A stretch of DNA of 63,066 bases, counting the filler. It is 8 parts of 8 records of this genome, joined end to end, with 100 filler letters (N's around TTAATTAATTAA, not from the genome) between each part and the next. Parts side by side here need not be neighbours in the genome. Positions count along the whole stretch, not along the records: positions 57,711 to 63,066 come from SRR31156797_42196; 7 more parts are not named here. One strand, written 5' to 3'. This document shows, piece by piece, positions 59,212-63,066 of the stretch (position 1 is the stretch's first letter; each line of letters begins with the position of its first letter). The translations under genes and the position numbers were made by a program. The notes beneath the pieces are model-generated. The model made no database searches. It saw only the letters and a program-made list of their open reading frames with translations, and was not told where the DNA came from.

Positions 59212-60447
59212 ATGAAGAGTTTTTTTAAAGTTAAAACAGTTGAAGAAGTACTGGATTATATCTCACGATTTCCGCGCCTGGAACCTGAATCCGTAAACCT
59301 GGATCAAGCCTTGGGCCGCGTCCTGTATAATGATGTAAAATCCGAAGAAGAAGTTCCGGATTTCGACAGGTCGACAATGGACGGCTTCGCGGTCCGCGCT
59401 CGCGACACTTTCGGGGCCTCCGAGAGCATCCCGGCCCTGTTTTCCCTGAACGGCGAAATTCAAATGGGCCGTAAGCCCGACATGCAGATTCAGCCGGGCC
59501 AGGCCGCGCGCATCTGGACCGGAGGCATGCTGCCCCCTGGCGCGGACGCCGTGGTAATGATTGAATACGCCCGTGAAGTTGATGAAGAAAACATTGAACT
59601 GGCCAAGCCGGTCGCCCCGTACGAAAACATCATCCGGCGAGGTGAAGACATAAAAACAGGCCAGGTGCTGTGCCCGGCCGGCAGGAGGCTCCGCCCGCAG
59701 GATATAGGCCTTTTGGCCTCCATGGGCGTCGCCTCGGTGGAAGTATCCCAAATACCGACAGTCGCAATTATTTCCACTGGTGATGAAGTAATACCCATAA
59801 CCCATAAACCGAAGCCGGGTCAGGTCAGGGACGTCAACAGTTATTCCCTTGGGGCCATGATTCAATCAAATCACGCCATGCCCATTTATCTGGGCCTGGT
59901 TCCCGACGATCCCGAATCCCTGAAAAAAGCCGCGGCCGAAGGCATGGAAAAAGCCGACATGGTCATCCTCTCGGGCGGCAGCAGCGTGGGTGTGAGAGAT
60001 TACACTGTCGAAGCATTGGAATCTTTTCCCGGTTCCGAAATACTGGTGCACGGAGTTTCCGTCAGTCCGGGCAAGCCCACGATCATGGCCCGGGCCGGTA
60101 ACAAAAGCATGTGGGGCCTGCCAGGGCACACGGTCAGCGCCATGATAACAGCCGAACTTTTTATCAAGCCTCTGCTTGACGTTTTAACGGGTAAAAAAGA
60201 TTCCGGCTATCAGGGCGGCCGTAAAGTCAGCGCCAAGCTGGCCCGCGGCCTTCCTTCCGTTCACGGAAGGCAGGATTATGTCAGAGTAAAGATAAAGGAA
60301 GAACCCGAAGGACCGGTCGCCCATCCCATACTGGGCAAATCCGGCCTAATATCAACCATGGTCAAGGCCGACGGCCTGGTGTGCATAGGCCGGAACGAAG
60401 AAGGCCGCCCAAAGGATTCCGTGGTTGAAGTCGTACTTTTTGAATAG
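59212..60447 (+). CDS. moeA: Molybdopterin molybdo/tungstotransferase MoeA
   Basis: PDFDRSTMDGFAV, TGGMLPPGADAVVMIE, STGDE, SGGSSVG, PGKP, GLPGH. Confidence 0.95.
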   Translation: MKSFFKVKTVEEVLDYISRFPRLEPESVNLDQALGRVLYNDVKSEEEVPDFDRSTMDGFAVRARDTFGASESIPALFSLNGEIQMGRKPDMQIQPGQAARIWTGGMLPPGADAVVMIEYAREVDEENIELAKPVAPYENIIRRGEDIKTGQVLCPAGRRLRPQDIGLLASMGVASVEVSQIPTVAIISTGDEVIPITHKPKPGQVRDVNSYSLGAMIQSNHAMPIYLGLVPDDPESLKKAAAEGMEKADMVILSGGSSVGVRDYTVEALESFPGSEILVHGVSVSPGKPTIMARAGNKSMWGLPGHTVSAMITAELFIKPLLDVLTGKKDSGYQGGRKVSAKLARGLPSVHGRQDYVRVKIKEEPEGPVAHPILGKSGLISTMVKADGLVCIGRNEEGRPKDSVVEVVLFE

Positions 60448-60467
60448 ATAAATGGAGTTGATCCCGA

Positions 60468-62420
60468 ATGAGTGATAACGGCAAATTCAAGCGCCATGTT
60501 TACCTGGATATGAAAACCCTGGCCGAAGCAAAGGCTATTTTTAAAGAGAAATTCGGCGGCAATATCATCAGTCGAACTGAAATAACGCCCACCGCGGAAT
60601 CCCTGGGCCGCATCACAGCCAAGCCCGTGTTTGCACGGTTTTCCTCCCCTTCCTTTCACTCCGCGGCCATGGACGGCATAGCCGTAAACGCCGAAGACAC
60701 CTATGGCGCTTTTCCGGACGAACCCAAAACGCTTGATATCGGCGTGAACGCTTTTTACGTCAATACCGGGCACGCCCTGCCCCCGGAAGCCAATGCGGTC
60801 ATAATGATCGAGCATGTAGAAACAATCGATGAAAAAACGGTTCAAATAGAATCCGCTGCGTACCCCTGGCAGCATGTCCGAAAAGTCGGCGAAGACATTG
60901 TGGCCACGGAAATGGTCCTGCCACAGGGCTGCAAGCTCGGTCCGTATGAAATGGGCGCCCTGGTCGCTTCCGGCGCCGTGGATGTTGAAGTCCGAAGCAG
61001 ACCCCGCGTAGTCATCATGCCCACCGGCTCCGAACTGATTTCCCACCAGGCCGTTAAAGACTCCTCTCCCGAACCCGGCCGCCTGGTGGAATTCAATTCC
61101 GTGATTCTGAGCGCCCTGGTGCGTCAATCGGGCGGCGAACCGCTCGTTTCCGATATTGTTACGGATGATTTTGAATTAATTAAAGACAAACTTAAAAAGG
61201 CAGCGGATGGAGACGCGGACCTCATCATTATCAATGCCGGTTCCTCAGCCGGCAGCGCGGATTACACCGCCTCGGCCATATCCGAACTCGGCCGGGTCCT
61301 TGTTCACGGCGTGACCATAATGCCGGGCAAACCCACCATACTTGGAGAAATAAACGGCAAGCCGGTCATCGGAAACCCCGGCTATCCGGTTTCGGCGGTT
61401 ATTTCCTTCGAACAATTCGGCGCTCCCTTACTTGCCTGGCTTCAGGGAACGCCTGAACTCAAGCGCACGGAAATAGACGTCATTCCATCACAGGCCCTTC
61501 CTTCCAAGTTGGGGCTTGAGGAGTTTCTGAGGGTCAAACTGGGCAGGATAGACAACAATATTGTGGCCGCGCCCCTGCCGCGAGGCGCGGGTTCAATAAC
61601 CAGCCTCACCAGGGCGGACGGCGTGATCCGGATCCCGGTGGAAAAAGAGGGCGTCGGCAGCCAGGAAACAGCAAAAGCCGAACTCCTCCGCCCTGTCGAA
61701 GAAATCGACGGCGCCGTCATTGCCATTGGCAGCCACGACAACACCCTGGACATACTGGGCGACCTTTTGCGAAGAAAGGATTCCCGCCTGTCCCTGTCTT
61801 CGGGAAACGTGGGCAGCCTTGGAGGCCTGCTGACCCTCAAAAGAGGCTTTTCCCATGTCGCGGGCAGTCATCTCCTGGACACCGAAACCGGAGATTACAA
61901 TTACAGCTATATAAAAAAACATATGCAGGGCTTCCCCATCAGGCTGGTAAACCTGGTCACCAGGGAGCAGGGCTTTATTGTCGCTCCCGGCAATCCCAAG
62001 CAAATCAAATCATTTGAAGACCTGGTCCAAAAAGACATTGTCTATATAAACCGTCAACCCGGTTCGGGCACCAGGATTCTGCTGGATTACTACCTGGATA
62101 AATCAGGTCTGGCCTCTCAGGATATAGCCGGCTATGAAAACGATGAGTTCACGCACATGGCCGTAGCCGCGGCCGTGCTTTCATCCCGGGCCGACGCCGG
62201 CCTGGCGGTTTACTCGGCCGCCAGGGCCCTTAACCTGGATTTTGTCCCCATAACCGTGGAAAGATACGACCTGGTCATCCCGGAACACCTGTGGGAAGAT
62301 GAAAAAATCCAAACCATGCTCGAAGTTATGCGCTCGGATGAATTCAAGAACATTGTAACGCAAATGGGCGGGTACGGGACTGAACAAACCGGCGAATTTC
62401 TGTGGAAATGGGAAGGATAA
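60468..62420 (+). CDS. moeA: MoeA fused to a C-terminal periplasmic-binding-protein-like domain
   Basis: AAMDGIAV, PTGSEL, AGSSAG, PGYPVS; then IGSHD, GSLGGL, GSHLLD, REQG, INRQPGSGTR, ERYDL. Confidence 0.93.
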   Translation: MSDNGKFKRHVYLDMKTLAEAKAIFKEKFGGNIISRTEITPTAESLGRITAKPVFARFSSPSFHSAAMDGIAVNAEDTYGAFPDEPKTLDIGVNAFYVNTGHALPPEANAVIMIEHVETIDEKTVQIESAAYPWQHVRKVGEDIVATEMVLPQGCKLGPYEMGALVASGAVDVEVRSRPRVVIMPTGSELISHQAVKDSSPEPGRLVEFNSVILSALVRQSGGEPLVSDIVTDDFELIKDKLKKAADGDADLIIINAGSSAGSADYTASAISELGRVLVHGVTIMPGKPTILGEINGKPVIGNPGYPVSAVISFEQFGAPLLAWLQGTPELKRTEIDVIPSQALPSKLGLEEFLRVKLGRIDNNIVAAPLPRGAGSITSLTRADGVIRIPVEKEGVGSQETAKAELLRPVEEIDGAVIAIGSHDNTLDILGDLLRRKDSRLSLSSGNVGSLGGLLTLKRGFSHVAGSHLLDTETGDYNYSYIKKHMQGFPIRLVNLVTREQGFIVAPGNPKQIKSFEDLVQKDIVYINRQPGSGTRILLDYYLDKSGLASQDIAGYENDEFTHMAVAAAVLSSRADAGLAVYSAARALNLDFVPITVERYDLVIPEHLWEDEKIQTMLEVMRSDEFKNIVTQMGGYGTEQTGEFLWKWEG

Positions 62421-62425
62421 TTAAT

Positions 62426-62938
62426 ATGGAACAAAACCTGAACGGGGCGCCGATCGTATGCATAGTCGGACGTTCCGACGCCGGCAAAACAACCCTTTTG
62501 GAAAAACTGCTTCCTGAACTCAAAAAACTGAACCTTTCCGTGGGAACCGTCAAGCATGACGTCCACGGCTTTGACATAGATCATCCAGGCAAAGACAGTT
62601 GGCGTCATAAAAAAGCCGGCGCCAACGCAACAATCATATCCTCGCCGCAAAAACTCGCCCTGATCAAGGATACAGGCCGGGACAGCACCCTTGACGAGTT
62701 GTCCGCTTATTTTCAGGATATGGACATAATCATTACCGAAGGGTACAAAAGAGAGAAAAAGCCGAAAGTGGAAATATTCCGCCCCGAAGCTCACCCCGAA
62801 CCCTTGTGCACGGATGACGAAAACCTTGTCGCCCTTGTCAGCGACGAACCCATAGACCTTGGCGTGCCTCGCTTCGGCCTTGATGACGCCGCCGGTCTGG
62901 CCTCTTTTCTAAAAGAAAAATTCTGCCCGGATGGGTAA
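62426..62938 (+). CDS. mobB: Molybdopterin-guanine dinucleotide biosynthesis protein B
   Basis: GRSDAGKTTL, VKHDVHGFDIDHPGKDSWRH, ITEGYK, PKVE. Confidence 0.94.
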   Translation: MEQNLNGAPIVCIVGRSDAGKTTLLEKLLPELKKLNLSVGTVKHDVHGFDIDHPGKDSWRHKKAGANATIISSPQKLALIKDTGRDSTLDELSAYFQDMDIIITEGYKREKKPKVEIFRPEAHPEPLCTDDENLVALVSDEPIDLGVPRFGLDDAAGLASFLKEKFCPDG

Positions 62939-63066
62939 GCAAGCCTAATAAGGGCAGGGAAAGAATCTGTTCTGTATATGAAGCAAATTGCGAGTTCCCC
63001 AAAGAACAGAAGCCGGCATTGATCACCACAAAAATAGAAGAAGGGCGCCATGGCCGCTTGTCGGCC

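Noticed and set aside
1-63066. rRNA, tRNA, riboswitch or CRISPR-cas loci
   Set aside because: None recognised by eye; a covariance-model scan (tRNAscan-SE, Rfam/Infernal) would be needed to exclude small RNAs.

Overview
This window is not one locus. It is eight unrelated contig fragments joined by seven artificial 100-nt spacers (N44-TTAATTAATTAA-N44). Taxonomic labels below are inferences from gene style. (1) 1-7000, methanogenic-archaeon-like: pantoate kinase, coaBC, a BlaI/CopY repressor plus Zn-peptidase pair divergent from an ABC/DUF2318 operon, and a TPR lipoprotein. (2) 7101-18317, spirochaete-like: lpdA fragment and a LacI-controlled polyol/ketose uptake and catabolism cluster. (3) 18418-25503, deltaproteobacterial-like: Cache kinase, J-domain protein, TrpR-like/SphA operon, NSS pseudogene, MCP. 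(4) 25604-34109: a gas-vesicle operon (gvpA behind a sigma54 promoter, two GvpC-like coiled-coil proteins) divergent from cheR, cheB, a pseudokinase, a kinase and further two-component genes. (5) 34210-40550: hybrid kinase, decayed IS21 abutting a RIT-type integrase remnant, and a TerB/J-domain gene pair. (6) 40651-47509, Desulfovibrio-like: alpha-2-macroglobulin. (7) 47610-57610, alphaproteobacterial-like: Dpp/Opp ABC transporter, P460-family cytochrome, TRAP-uxuA/uxaC. (8) 57711-63066: AOR, two moeA genes, mobB. The best candidate for an undescribed system is in fragment 4. It is a CheR/CheB methylation module with no MCP/CheA/CheW in the visible contig. Its probable substrate is a catalytically dead kinase carrying EExxAS methylation heptads, which shares an unrecognised ~90-aa N-terminal domain (47/90 identical by my manual count) with an intact neighbouring kinase, and the module sits head-to-head with the gas-vesicle operon. 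All calls are by eye; no database searches were run.
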